The position numbers and the translations under genes are program-made. 23,344 nt of DNA, from contig JBHLOI010000053.1 of the NCBI GenBank assembly GCA_048940645.1, positions 1 to 23,344 of the forward strand, written 5' to 3'. Positions 7,843 to 17,113 of the stretch are shown here, one piece after another. The stretch is from Promethearchaeota archaeon. Its GTDB lineage: Archaea; Asgardarchaeota; Lokiarchaeia; Sigyniarchaeales; SOKP01. Position 1 is the first letter of the stretch. Each line of letters begins with the position of its first letter. The notes beneath the pieces were generated by a model. That model worked only from the letters and a program-made list of their open reading frames with translations. It did not search any database and was not told where the DNA came from.

Positions 7843-9384
7843 TTGTTTCATATGAGTGCCTCTAAGGAAAAAATGAATGTCCTTTTCATTATTACCGATG
7901 CGCAACGCGCTGATCATTTGGGTTGTGCTGGGAATCCCATAGTAAAAACACCGAATCTTGACAGGCTCGTAAAAACAGGGGTTAGATTCTCACAATTCTT
8001 CTGTACAAATCCAATATGCATGCCAAACCGAGCTACGTTAGCAACAGGTTTATATCCTAATGTTCATGGGGTTAGAAGCAATGGTATAAACCTACGTCAA
8101 GATATTCCAACAATATTTCAAACATTAAGGAAAAGAGGATGGTATACTGCAGCTATTGGTAAAATACACCATCAATATTGGCTAGGACCATTCCGACATA
8201 AGACTAGATCTGCGGAAAGTTTAACTGATTGGGCTATAGCAAAAGATAAAACTTATCCCGTCAGAGATAATTTCCCTCTTCCCTACTATGGATATAATGA
8301 AGTAGAATTAATTTCTGGGAATGGTACAGTATGTTCAGGACATTATCTTCAGTGGTTAGAAGAAAAATCACCAAAACATGCAAATGCTATGAAAAAAAGG
8401 GTTCAAAATTATGATAATCTTTTTAATCTTTTTTGTGATGAGATTCCTGAAGATCTATATAATACTACCTATGTGAAAGAACGTACTATTACATTTTTAG
8501 AGAGACATGCAAATGGAGATTATGGAAATATGCCCTTCTATTTACATTGCTCCTTTCCAGATCCACATTATCCATTGTATCCACCCAAGCGTTATCAAGA
8601 TATGTATAATCCTAAGGATATTGAACTTCCTCCAAGTTTTAATGACATTAAAAATTTATACAGCCATAAATTCTTGGCATATCATTTAAAGAATCCACCT
8701 TTTAAAAAAGCATTCTTACGTGAATCTACGGAAGAAGAAATACGAAAAATTACCACATTAACATATGCAGCCATATCGTACGTAGATTATAGTATAGGTC
8801 AAATTATTGCTGCCTTAGAGAAATTAGGTTATTCTGATAATACGATTATTGTATTCATGAGCGATCATGGAGATTTAATGGGTGATCATGGATTACTATT
8901 CAAAGGCCCTTGCCCATATAATGGTGTTTTACAACTTCCATTAATATGGAAAGTACCAGGATTAACAAAATCAGCCATTTCTAATTCTTTAGTGAGCTCA
9001 ATTGACTATCCTAAAACGATTCTAAACCTATTGCACATTACCGAAAGACACCAACCCCCAGATATGCAGGGTTTTGATATTACTCCTATTTTAACAAATC
9101 CCAACGAAAAAGTAAGAGATTGTATTTTTATCGAAAATGATGAGGAAGTTGGTCCACTTCAAGCAAGGTTAAGGCATCTAATTACTGAAAATTTTAAATT
9201 GACGATCTATGAAGGTATGAATGATTATGGGGACATATATGATCGAAAAAGTGATCCTTATGAACTAAAAAATCTATGGGAGAATCGGGATTTCAGGGGA
9301 GAAAGATTTAAATTAGTAAATAGATTGTTGCAGGAAAATTTAAAAGCTCAAACTAAATATCCAAAAAGAATAGCAGGAACATAA
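7843..9384 (+). CDS. formylglycine-dependent (Cys-type) sulfatase-like hydrolase, cytoplasmic
   Basis: NVLFIITDAQR, TPNLD, CMPNRATLATG (CxPxR), GKIH, DPH, SDHG, DPYELKNL. No signal peptide. The true start may be the ATG at 7852 or 7873. Confidence 0.93.
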   Translation: MFHMSASKEKMNVLFIITDAQRADHLGCAGNPIVKTPNLDRLVKTGVRFSQFFCTNPICMPNRATLATGLYPNVHGVRSNGINLRQDIPTIFQTLRKRGWYTAAIGKIHHQYWLGPFRHKTRSAESLTDWAIAKDKTYPVRDNFPLPYYGYNEVELISGNGTVCSGHYLQWLEEKSPKHANAMKKRVQNYDNLFNLFCDEIPEDLYNTTYVKERTITFLERHANGDYGNMPFYLHCSFPDPHYPLYPPKRYQDMYNPKDIELPPSFNDIKNLYSHKFLAYHLKNPPFKKAFLRESTEEEIRKITTLTYAAISYVDYSIGQIIAALEKLGYSDNTIIVFMSDHGDLMGDHGLLFKGPCPYNGVLQLPLIWKVPGLTKSAISNSLVSSIDYPKTILNLLHITERHQPPDMQGFDITPILTNPNEKVRDCIFIENDEEVGPLQARLRHLITENFKLTIYEGMNDYGDIYDRKSDPYELKNLWENRDFRGERFKLVNRLLQENLKAQTKYPKRIAGT

Positions 9385-9411
9385 AAATAAGAAATTTTAT
9401 TTATTAAATTT

Positions 9412-9630
9412 TTATAAGTAAGTGCCGATTAAAATCAAAACACCAGAAATTGTAAAAATTAATGGACATAGTTTAAACACAATAAACTTTACTCGAGTAC
9501 CAGTAAACAAAGAAAGGATAGCTAAGCAAAAAAGCATAATAGAACTAATTAAATTGACATATGCTAAAGCGTAAGCTTCTCCTAGAATTGAAATTATTAA
9601 TACGAGAGCGATAAATTTTCTATTTTCCAT
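9412..9630 (-). CDS. small membrane protein (about 3 TM, 72 aa)
   Basis: ATG-started ORF that fills the gap between two + strand genes and is almost entirely hydrophobic segments. Confidence 0.6.
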   Translation of the reverse strand: MENRKFIALVLIISILGEAYALAYVNLISSIMLFCLAILSLFTGTRVKFIVFKLCPLIFTISGVLILIGTYL

Positions 9631-9672
9631 CTAAAAAGAAGATCACTTGAAAGAAGATTTATATTTCAGAAA

Positions 9673-10611
9673 ATGGATAAATTAACAATGAATTTAGAAG
9701 TATATGAAATTCTTATTTTAATAACTATCGGCGCTCTGGTAGGTATTGGTATGAGCTTTATGGGTCAAACAGGGCAAGGACTTGTTATGCCTATAATTCT
9801 CATGTTAACTGGAGATCCATTTTTAGCGATTTCTGTAAACTTATTAAATGATTTAATAGCTGCAGTAGCAGTAAGCATAGGATATATTAGAAAAGGAGAG
9901 TACAAACTTCAGGCTAACACCTTAATAGTAATCATACTAGCACTTATTTTTACATGTATAGGAGTTTATATTTTAATGGTAACTCCATTACAAAGTATAT
10001 ATGGATGGTTTATCCCTGCATTTATAATCTGCTTAGGTTTAGTTTTCATTAAAAGTGGATACGCATCTACAGAGCGATTAAAAACCATCCTTCGAAACAT
10101 TTATAATCGATTTCTTAGGGGTAAAGATAAAGAAACAAATCTGATTGATATAGATCGAAAGAATAATGATGAAGAGATTGCAAAAAATAATGAAATACAA
10201 GAAGTTATTCCTTATGGCTCAAAATTATTTTACATAATTGCTGTTGTTTTTGGCTTTTTCTTAGGTATCAATTCTGGAATGTTTGGCGCTAATTCAGGAA
10301 TGATTATAGTTTTAGCACTTATAATCCTTTATGGATACCCAATTAAAAAAAGCATTGGAACAGCCCTCATATTAAGTATTATTATTAGTATACTAACTTT
10401 AACATTATATCAGGTTTTTGGTACTTTAATAAAAGGGACTAATTACTTCAATCTAGAAATAACGGTTTTCCTAGCAAGTGGTTCAGTTATTACTGGATTT
10501 TTAACTTCAACATATATTCAGCGTTTATCTGCAAAAACAATGGGAAGAGCAATGGGAATTGTAATGGTTATTTTAGGGTTAACTGCTTTAATTTTTTATT
10601 TTATCACTTAA
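9673..10611 (+). CDS. TauE/SafE (TSUP) sulfite/organosulfur transporter family
   Basis: Two internal repeats with Gly-rich motifs (GALVGIGMSFMGQTGQGLVMP; GINSGMFGANSGMIIV), KKSIGTAL, about 8 TM, with a charged central loop. Confidence 0.85.
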   Translation: MDKLTMNLEVYEILILITIGALVGIGMSFMGQTGQGLVMPIILMLTGDPFLAISVNLLNDLIAAVAVSIGYIRKGEYKLQANTLIVIILALIFTCIGVYILMVTPLQSIYGWFIPAFIICLGLVFIKSGYASTERLKTILRNIYNRFLRGKDKETNLIDIDRKNNDEEIAKNNEIQEVIPYGSKLFYIIAVVFGFFLGINSGMFGANSGMIIVLALIILYGYPIKKSIGTALILSIIISILTLTLYQVFGTLIKGTNYFNLEITVFLASGSVITGFLTSTYIQRLSAKTMGRAMGIVMVILGLTALIFYFIT

Positions 10612-10702
10612 TTTAACATTTTTAATACTCTTACACTTTTTTATAATTTTATATACAGGATTAAACAATATATGACTATTTAAAATTTAAAGTTGGATAA
10701 AT

Positions 10703-12028
10703 ATGAACGAAATGAAAAAAGAATCAAAAGCTATAGTATTTGTAATTCTTTTAGCAGCATTTATTGCTTGGATGCATGATGGGTATTCTCTAGTTTTAAT
10801 AAGTTTGCTTGCTAGCGATCTAAAAGCATATTTTGGAGTAGGAGATGCTTCAATAGGATTAATTATATCTCTACAATTTGTATTTACAGTGCCGGGTGCA
10901 ATTCTTTTTGGAGAAATAGGTGATCGTTTTGGTAGAAAAAAGGCCTTAATTGTATCAATTGCGTGGGATGCTATATTTTCTTCATTAACAGCCTTAGTTC
11001 CACCAGATGGATTCATACTTTTTGCTGTATTAAGAATGATCTCTGGTTTAGGTGTTAGTTGGGGTATTTCTTTCTCTCTTATTTCTGAATACTTTTCGTC
11101 CAAAAGAAGAGGAGCTGCTGGTGGATTAGTCCATGCAACATTTGTAATTGGATATATTTCAGCAATTCTTGTTACTTTAGTCATCGGTCCTTTTGGATGG
11201 CAATGGTGTTTTCTTACCGCATTATATCCCCTTCCTTTCTTGGTTCTCTTTTGGTTTGCTTTACCTGAATCAGCAGTTTGGTCTGAATATGATAAAGTAA
11301 TGAAAGAGAGAAAAATTAAACAAAAAATTAGAGTGAAAGAAATTTTTGGTTCAAAATGGATTAAATTAACCATTCTGCTTATAATTCTCTTTTGGTTTGC
11401 TGAGACAGCTTATCACTCATTAGTAGATTTAGCACCAATATTTTTTGAATACCTTTTCCATACTATAGGTAATCCGAGTTATGTGGGTTCAGCAAGACTC
11501 TATATGTTAATTCTAATGGTAATTGCTGCATTTGGTCTGTTCTTCTTCGGATTTTTAAGTGATTATATTGGAAGGAAAAAAGCTTTTCTTATTGATAATA
11601 TAATTGGGATTTTTGGTGGCGTGCTATTTGCTATATTCACTCTTCTGATTTTCAATGATACATTAATATTGACCTCGGCCGTTTTTATAACACTTGGATT
11701 TGGCTTGCATGGAATCTTTGGTGTATGGTCTTCTGAATTATATGATACCGAAGTCAGAGCTTCAGCAAATTCAATAATATTTTCTATAGCACGCGGAGCT
11801 GGTTTCGGAGGATTTCTCGTAGGACTCATTTCCGAGACATTGAATCCATTTAGAGCGGACCCTTTTGCTAGTACGGCTACTTCATTTGTTTCTCTTCAGG
11901 CGCTAGGTACTGGAATGTTACTTAGTTTAATTGCATTTATTGGGGTTTTTATTGTATTGCAATTTGTACCTGAACCAAAAGATAAAACCATAACTGCTCT
12001 AAGTAAGGCTGATATACTTAAACCTTAA
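10703..12028 (+). CDS. MFS transporter (about 12 TM)
   Basis: Motif A GEIGDRFGRKK and its repeat GFLSDYIGRKK, LRMISGLG, SEYFSSKRRG, LPES, SELYDTEVRAS. Confidence 0.93.
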   Translation: MNEMKKESKAIVFVILLAAFIAWMHDGYSLVLISLLASDLKAYFGVGDASIGLIISLQFVFTVPGAILFGEIGDRFGRKKALIVSIAWDAIFSSLTALVPPDGFILFAVLRMISGLGVSWGISFSLISEYFSSKRRGAAGGLVHATFVIGYISAILVTLVIGPFGWQWCFLTALYPLPFLVLFWFALPESAVWSEYDKVMKERKIKQKIRVKEIFGSKWIKLTILLIILFWFAETAYHSLVDLAPIFFEYLFHTIGNPSYVGSARLYMLILMVIAAFGLFFFGFLSDYIGRKKAFLIDNIIGIFGGVLFAIFTLLIFNDTLILTSAVFITLGFGLHGIFGVWSSELYDTEVRASANSIIFSIARGAGFGGFLVGLISETLNPFRADPFASTATSFVSLQALGTGMLLSLIAFIGVFIVLQFVPEPKDKTITALSKADILKP

Positions 12029-12049
12029 ATTTTTTTCTTCTTTTTTTTT
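12029..12049 (+). terminator. oligo-T terminator after the MFS gene
   Basis: attttttcttcttttttttt lies immediately after the TAA. Confidence 0.5.
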
Positions 12050-12090
12050 AAAAAAATTTTTGAATAAGTGCGTATGTTTATATAATATAA

Positions 12091-12109
12091 GACAAAAACT
12101 TTTTTATAA
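12091..12109 (+). promoter_or_regulatory. candidate BRE-TATA upstream of P3
   Basis: Purine-rich gacaaaaa followed by TTTTATAA about 40 nt upstream of the start. A second TTTATATA is at 12077-12084. Confidence 0.3.
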
Positions 12110-12144
12110 TAAGAAGACGATTAAATTATCAAATAATATATAAG

Positions 12145-14406
12145 TTGAATATGGGTCAAGGTTTGCGAAAAAAGGGAATATTAATTATCTCTCTATTAAT
12201 TTCAGTATTATTTTTCAGTTTAATTTATCAGAGTAGATTTATAAAGGCTCAGGGGAATGGCTTATCATTGGATATTCCAAATAAATTCGAATTAAATGAA
12301 TATTCTAACATAAATGGTTCAAACTATATAGGGAGTGTTGTTAATATAAGTTTACCATCTACTGAATGGAATATCACTAAAATTGAATTAGATTTTACAA
12401 ACCTTACATTTGATAGAGAAACCCTTGTAATAGAAGACCAACCGATTGCATATGATATGGTATTTTACCAAAATTCTGTTTTCAATAATTTTGGTTTAGC
12501 AACCCAAATAAAATTAGATCATTCCGAAACTATTTATGGAGTATTTATTTATGGTAATAAATCTCTAGGTACTACTCAAGATATTCAGGTACAGATTCAA
12601 GGATTTAATGAACTAAATAACACTCCAAATGGAACAATCTTTGCGACAACAACAATTAATATTTCCTCGCAAGTTGGATGGTATTTTCAAAATTTTTCAT
12701 TACCCGTTGATTTACCAAAAGGTAATTATTTTTTAATCTTAAATGGAACTAATCTTAATGTTAACGGTCAATATTATAATTGGTATTACAATCCAGCCCC
12801 AAGTGATCCATCATTATATTCCTCATTCGCATATGATACCATTTGGAGTGATGGAGTAGATAATACAACCTTTTTATATAAACTGATACGTGAAAGTAGA
12901 GCTCCTCTTTTTCCAGAAAGTATCAATATGTCTGTAAATATAAATAATCAATATTGTAAAGTATTAAATGGTGTAAGTGAAGGTTCTGGAGTTTTAAATC
13001 AAACTTTTCAAAATTTTTTTCCTAACGATAATTCTCTTTATATGCCGATTTATAATAATGCTTCAAAAACATTGGTCTTTAATGTTTCCTATAGCCTAAA
13101 TCTTGAGAAAATTTTGAATACCCAATGTATAGCCAGCATAGAAGAATCTAAAAGTATTCAATGGATTCTCTCTCCGAACTTTAATCGCCAAACATTTAAT
13201 TATTCAGTTAAATTTGGCTTTCCAAAGAGTTGGAGTAATATTAGTGTTTTTCTAGACGAACAAAATCTAACTACAAACGTAATAATAGACTATGGAGGTA
13301 GATTTATTTTTATTCCAAATAATACAATTACTCAAGATTCAGGATGGGAAATACGAGCTAACTCTCCTAATATCTTATTTAATTTATATGCACCAAAAAC
13401 AGAATTTAATTTAGGTCAGGAATTACGTTTTTCCTTGCAAAGCCCAATTACTGGTAATTATACATTTATTTTAATGGATCCTGCTGACACTGAGGAGACT
13501 AGAATTAAAAAGATCATTCCAATTGATAATAATATATTTTCCTATGAACTCCCATTAACTTCTCCTGATGGAAAATATATAGCATATGTATTTTGGAATA
13601 ATGCAACTGATGCTGGCGCTCAATCACAAGAGTTTCTAATTTCTATTCCAAATTCAAGTCAACCTCTAGATTTATCATTGCTAATAACGATTATTATAAT
13701 CTCAGTAATTGTTGCTGGTTCTGGTATTTCAATTTATGTTGGAGTGAAACGTATTGTGAAAAAACGCAGGTATGACATGGAGAGGCTTCTTAATAAATGC
13801 ATTGATATTTTAAACTTAAATTACTTAATTGTTACTGACAATAAATCCGGGTTAGATGTATTTACTGAGTCTTATGGAGATAAAAAATTAGATTCTACCT
13901 TAATATCTGGGTTTTTACAAGCAGTGCGAGAGTTTGGTACGCATGTCGCTGATAAAGATACTAGAATAGTTAAGCTAGATTATAAGGACACTATTATCTT
14001 AATGAAAGAATTTGTTAATATCAGATTAATTTTAAATATGAAAGACACCCCCTCAGAAGACTTTATTTATTCAGTCGAATCATTAGCTTACGAGATTTAC
14101 AAAAAATATGGAGATCAGATTGAAAATTTTAGAGGAGGCATTAAACAGTTCAGTGGTATAAAAGAATTAATCGAAAAACATTTAAATGTATCGTTTCTAT
14201 TGCCTTTCAAGGTTGTTGAAAATCCTAATATTAAATTAACTCCCTCAGAAAAAGCAATGGTAAATAAAGCCATACGATTTGTAAAAGAACATAAATTTGA
14301 TTACTTTTATTCATTATATTTATTACCTGCAAATGAATGTACACCTAAGGACGCTGAAACAATATTAAATTTAATAGCAAAAGGAATTTTCAAACCGATT
14401 AAATAA
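12145..14406 (+). CDS. P3: paralog of P1 with the same architecture (subfamily B)
   Basis: Signal peptide ends IKA|Q (the start may be the ATG at 12151). TM LLITIIIISVIVAGSGISIYVGV is followed by KRIVKKRR. Contains LDSTLISGFLQAVREFGTH. Confidence 0.85.
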   Translation: MNMGQGLRKKGILIISLLISVLFFSLIYQSRFIKAQGNGLSLDIPNKFELNEYSNINGSNYIGSVVNISLPSTEWNITKIELDFTNLTFDRETLVIEDQPIAYDMVFYQNSVFNNFGLATQIKLDHSETIYGVFIYGNKSLGTTQDIQVQIQGFNELNNTPNGTIFATTTINISSQVGWYFQNFSLPVDLPKGNYFLILNGTNLNVNGQYYNWYYNPAPSDPSLYSSFAYDTIWSDGVDNTTFLYKLIRESRAPLFPESINMSVNINNQYCKVLNGVSEGSGVLNQTFQNFFPNDNSLYMPIYNNASKTLVFNVSYSLNLEKILNTQCIASIEESKSIQWILSPNFNRQTFNYSVKFGFPKSWSNISVFLDEQNLTTNVIIDYGGRFIFIPNNTITQDSGWEIRANSPNILFNLYAPKTEFNLGQELRFSLQSPITGNYTFILMDPADTEETRIKKIIPIDNNIFSYELPLTSPDGKYIAYVFWNNATDAGAQSQEFLISIPNSSQPLDLSLLITIIIISVIVAGSGISIYVGVKRIVKKRRYDMERLLNKCIDILNLNYLIVTDNKSGLDVFTESYGDKKLDSTLISGFLQAVREFGTHVADKDTRIVKLDYKDTIILMKEFVNIRLILNMKDTPSEDFIYSVESLAYEIYKKYGDQIENFRGGIKQFSGIKELIEKHLNVSFLLPFKVVENPNIKLTPSEKAMVNKAIRFVKEHKFDYFYSLYLLPANECTPKDAETILNLIAKGIFKPIK

Positions 14407-14449
14407 AAATTAAAAAGAAATAAACCTAATTTTTTTGTTAAAATCGGCT

Positions 14450-15733
14450 CTATTTCTTTAATTCTTTAATTTGATCTCTTATTTGGTACCTTGCGTTATC
14501 AATGATATTTGCAGCGATAAATGAGGATTCTTCCTTTACTTTTTGTTTTAATATTATATATTTTAAATCTAAGGCTTCTGAAAGAGTTTCTTTGCGATCT
14601 TTTTCAGCCCCTTTTAACACTATATCGAGTATATGTAGTGCTAACTGTGATTTACCTTCGTTAAACAAGTCTTTGGCATGATTTAAATAAGTACTTTCAT
14701 CACTAAGCTTTAAAAGTTCTTTTGCAATATCTTCTGATTTTGAAGGAAATAAATCTGTAGGATTACCCGTATTATACCAACCATGGTAAAGTCTGTAGGA
14801 AGCATGAATTGCAAACCGATAGCATCCATACATGGGTCTTAAAATAGGGTGGTTTTTGAATTTATCTGGAAAAATTTCCATCATTTCATGATAAATTTGT
14901 TCAAACCATTTGCCTTCGTTTAATCGCTTTACAACCTCATCATGGACAAAATGCATTGCCTCAGCTGTAATTGATAAAGCATCCCTGATTTTTGCTTCCC
15001 CCTTTATTAGCTGTCCATGACCCGGGACAAGATATTTAGCATCCTTTTCCATCATTTTCTCCATAGCTATAGCCCAATCCTTTGGATATCTTTGGACTTT
15101 ATATGGATTTCCTACGTTTGGAAATGAAGACACCATTAGATCGCCTGAACATATAACCTCTTTGTCAGGCACCCATAACCAAATAGAATCATCAGTTTCA
15201 CCTTTATCATGATATACTTCAAAATTAACGCTTCCTAATTCAAAGAAGTATTTGGCATCATTTCCTTTGAGAATTATATTTGGGTCAAGAGTTTCAAGAG
15301 CGGAGACTAAAACCTTTTGTCCCTTACCTCCAACAGACGCAAATTGCATTTTATTAATCCAATCATGATATTTACCTAACATCCTGTATTTTTCAAACCT
15401 TTTAATACAATTTTCATGGGCAATTACTTGAGGCATATTCCAGCCTTTCTCCTTTACCTCATTAATGAAAGGTTGAAATGCAAAGGCATGATCAAAATGA
15501 CCATGAGAATAAAGAAAAAATTTTACTGGTTTATCTGTTTTATTTCTTACTTCTCCGAATGTTTTTAATCCATACTGTTTTATTGGTAAATCGAATATCA
15601 CCAAACCATCATTAGTTTCAAATACACAAGTATTTCCCATGCCTGCTACAAAAAGACAGGAACCATCTGCAAATGTAGATGAACCAAACCATCCAAACCA
15701 ATCGCTCATTCCATTAGTTGTTTTTCGCACCAT
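14450..15733 (-). CDS. metallo-beta-lactamase-fold alkyl/aryl sulfatase (SdsA/BDS1-like), apparently lacking the C-terminal SCP2 domain
   Basis: YSHGHFDHAF (HxHxDH), GETDD, SGD, FPNVGNP, PGHG, and the dimerisation-domain motif YHGWYNTGNPTDLFP. Confidence 0.88.
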   Translation of the reverse strand: MVRKTTNGMSDWFGWFGSSTFADGSCLFVAGMGNTCVFETNDGLVIFDLPIKQYGLKTFGEVRNKTDKPVKFFLYSHGHFDHAFAFQPFINEVKEKGWNMPQVIAHENCIKRFEKYRMLGKYHDWINKMQFASVGGKGQKVLVSALETLDPNIILKGNDAKYFFELGSVNFEVYHDKGETDDSIWLWVPDKEVICSGDLMVSSFPNVGNPYKVQRYPKDWAIAMEKMMEKDAKYLVPGHGQLIKGEAKIRDALSITAEAMHFVHDEVVKRLNEGKWFEQIYHEMMEIFPDKFKNHPILRPMYGCYRFAIHASYRLYHGWYNTGNPTDLFPSKSEDIAKELLKLSDESTYLNHAKDLFNEGKSQLALHILDIVLKGAEKDRKETLSEALDLKYIILKQKVKEESSFIAANIIDNARYQIRDQIKELKK

Positions 15734-15853
15734 AGTTATTTCTCATTTTTTACTAGTTCTTGAATAATTATATCTTTACAATTAAATTATAAAAAGATTA
15801 TAACTGAATTTCTAACTATATTACCTTTTGAACTTTCAAAAATTATGCATAGC

Positions 15854-16897
15854 TTACAGGATCAAAGAAAGACCAATAAAAATTGACAAAAAGAATAACA
15901 GAAATGCTATAGAGCTAACCGCTCCATGCCAGGAAAACTTCCTTGATTTAAGAATCTTTTGTCCTAATCCTGAGAAATAACTCAGCATCAGAAGTACTAT
16001 TGAGAGAAGAGAAATTATTCCATGGACGGAATAAAAAATCCTACTTACAAATACATATACTTGATTTAGCCATGATATAAAAGTTATAGTCGTTAAAAGA
16101 ACACAAAAAATCGATGTATATAAATGAAATTTCCTAGAAACGAATTTTGGCAATCTTCTAAACACTTTACCGTAGCGACTGAACTTTATCCCTGAGATCA
16201 TGGATAACCCATATAACAGGAAAGAAATTGAAAATAAAAGCGCATGATTGCTATAATCCACAGCAATAGAGAGTAAACCCTCGTCACTATAACCCATACT
16301 CGCGTAAGTTCCCTTATAATCAAAATTAACAAATTCTATATGATCAACCCACCGAACCCATTTATATCCAAAATGATAGGGTGCAACAACTCTTAAAGGA
16401 TATCCTTGAGTAAGTGGTAGCGTTTCTCCATTCATTTCATAAGCAAGCAGAATATCATAATTAATTATCTGGTTAATTGTAAGGGAAGAAGAAAACCCAT
16501 CAACTGCATAAAATACAACCTCTATAGCATCTAAGGTTGGTTGTACCAAATTTAATAAACTTTTTACAGGTACTCCTTTCCATAAAGCTGTCCCAGAGGC
16601 TCCTGCTACGCATTGTATGGTAGCGATCAATTCAATACTTGATAATGAAGTAAAATTTTCATAGGAAAATGTAAGAGGATTTGAAACATTCCCATCTATT
16701 TCAAGTGTCCAAGTTGATATATTAATGTCTGGAAGAGGTTTGCTATAAAAAACAAAAAATTCATCATTAGGGGTAATCTGATATTTTTTTACTTCATGTA
16801 CTCCTAATATTATAAGAGGAGTTGATATAACTCCAACTAATATGATAAAGAATAAATAAGATATAATAATCGAAAAAACTTTGGAATCTTTTCTCAT
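15854..16897 (-). CDS. sulfite-oxidase-family molybdopterin domain (MsrP/YuiH-like) fused to a 4-TM cytochrome b561-like domain
   Basis: ITPNDEFF, WTLEIDGNV, IQCV (Mo-ligating Cys), WKGVP, LAYEMNGETLP, GYPLRVVAP, GYKWVRW. Four TM helices follow, each led by a His (NHA, RKFH, SVHG, WHG). The start is the ATG at 16897 or the TTG at 16909. Confidence 0.85.
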   Translation of the reverse strand: MRKDSKVFSIIISYLFFIILVGVISTPLIILGVHEVKKYQITPNDEFFVFYSKPLPDINISTWTLEIDGNVSNPLTFSYENFTSLSSIELIATIQCVAGASGTALWKGVPVKSLLNLVQPTLDAIEVVFYAVDGFSSSLTINQIINYDILLAYEMNGETLPLTQGYPLRVVAPYHFGYKWVRWVDHIEFVNFDYKGTYASMGYSDEGLLSIAVDYSNHALLFSISFLLYGLSMISGIKFSRYGKVFRRLPKFVSRKFHLYTSIFCVLLTTITFISWLNQVYVFVSRIFYSVHGIISLLSIVLLMLSYFSGLGQKILKSRKFSWHGAVSSIAFLLFFLSIFIGLSLIL

Positions 16898-17113
16898 AGT
16901 CAGCTGCAAAATTGAAAGTATTAACAGTTATTAAAATCTACTCCTAATTTTCTATAATCTACTAGTTTATAATCTTTTAGCGTCATATTCTTATGTTTCA
17001 ATTCAATTTCAATTTGATAGAATTTATTGAAATTTAAATCAAAATTTAAATATTTAAATGAAGATTACAAATTCGAATGAATTAATTTAAAATCATAGAT
17101 TTTTAGGGATATT

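Noticed and set aside
8507-8689. 60-aa alternative-frame ORF
   Set aside because: Nested out of frame in the sulfatase, with no motifs.
10687-11373. 228-aa minus-strand ORF
   Set aside because: Antisense shadow of the well-supported MFS gene, with no recognisable motifs.
11563-11829. 88-aa minus-strand ORF
   Set aside because: Antisense within the MFS gene.
17044-17059. Perfect 16-bp palindrome ATTTAAATATTTAAAT in the divergent promoter region upstream of P4
   Set aside because: It is A/T only in a very AT-rich intergenic region, and I did not find it upstream of the other paralogs. It could be overlapping TATA boxes but cannot be supported as an operator.
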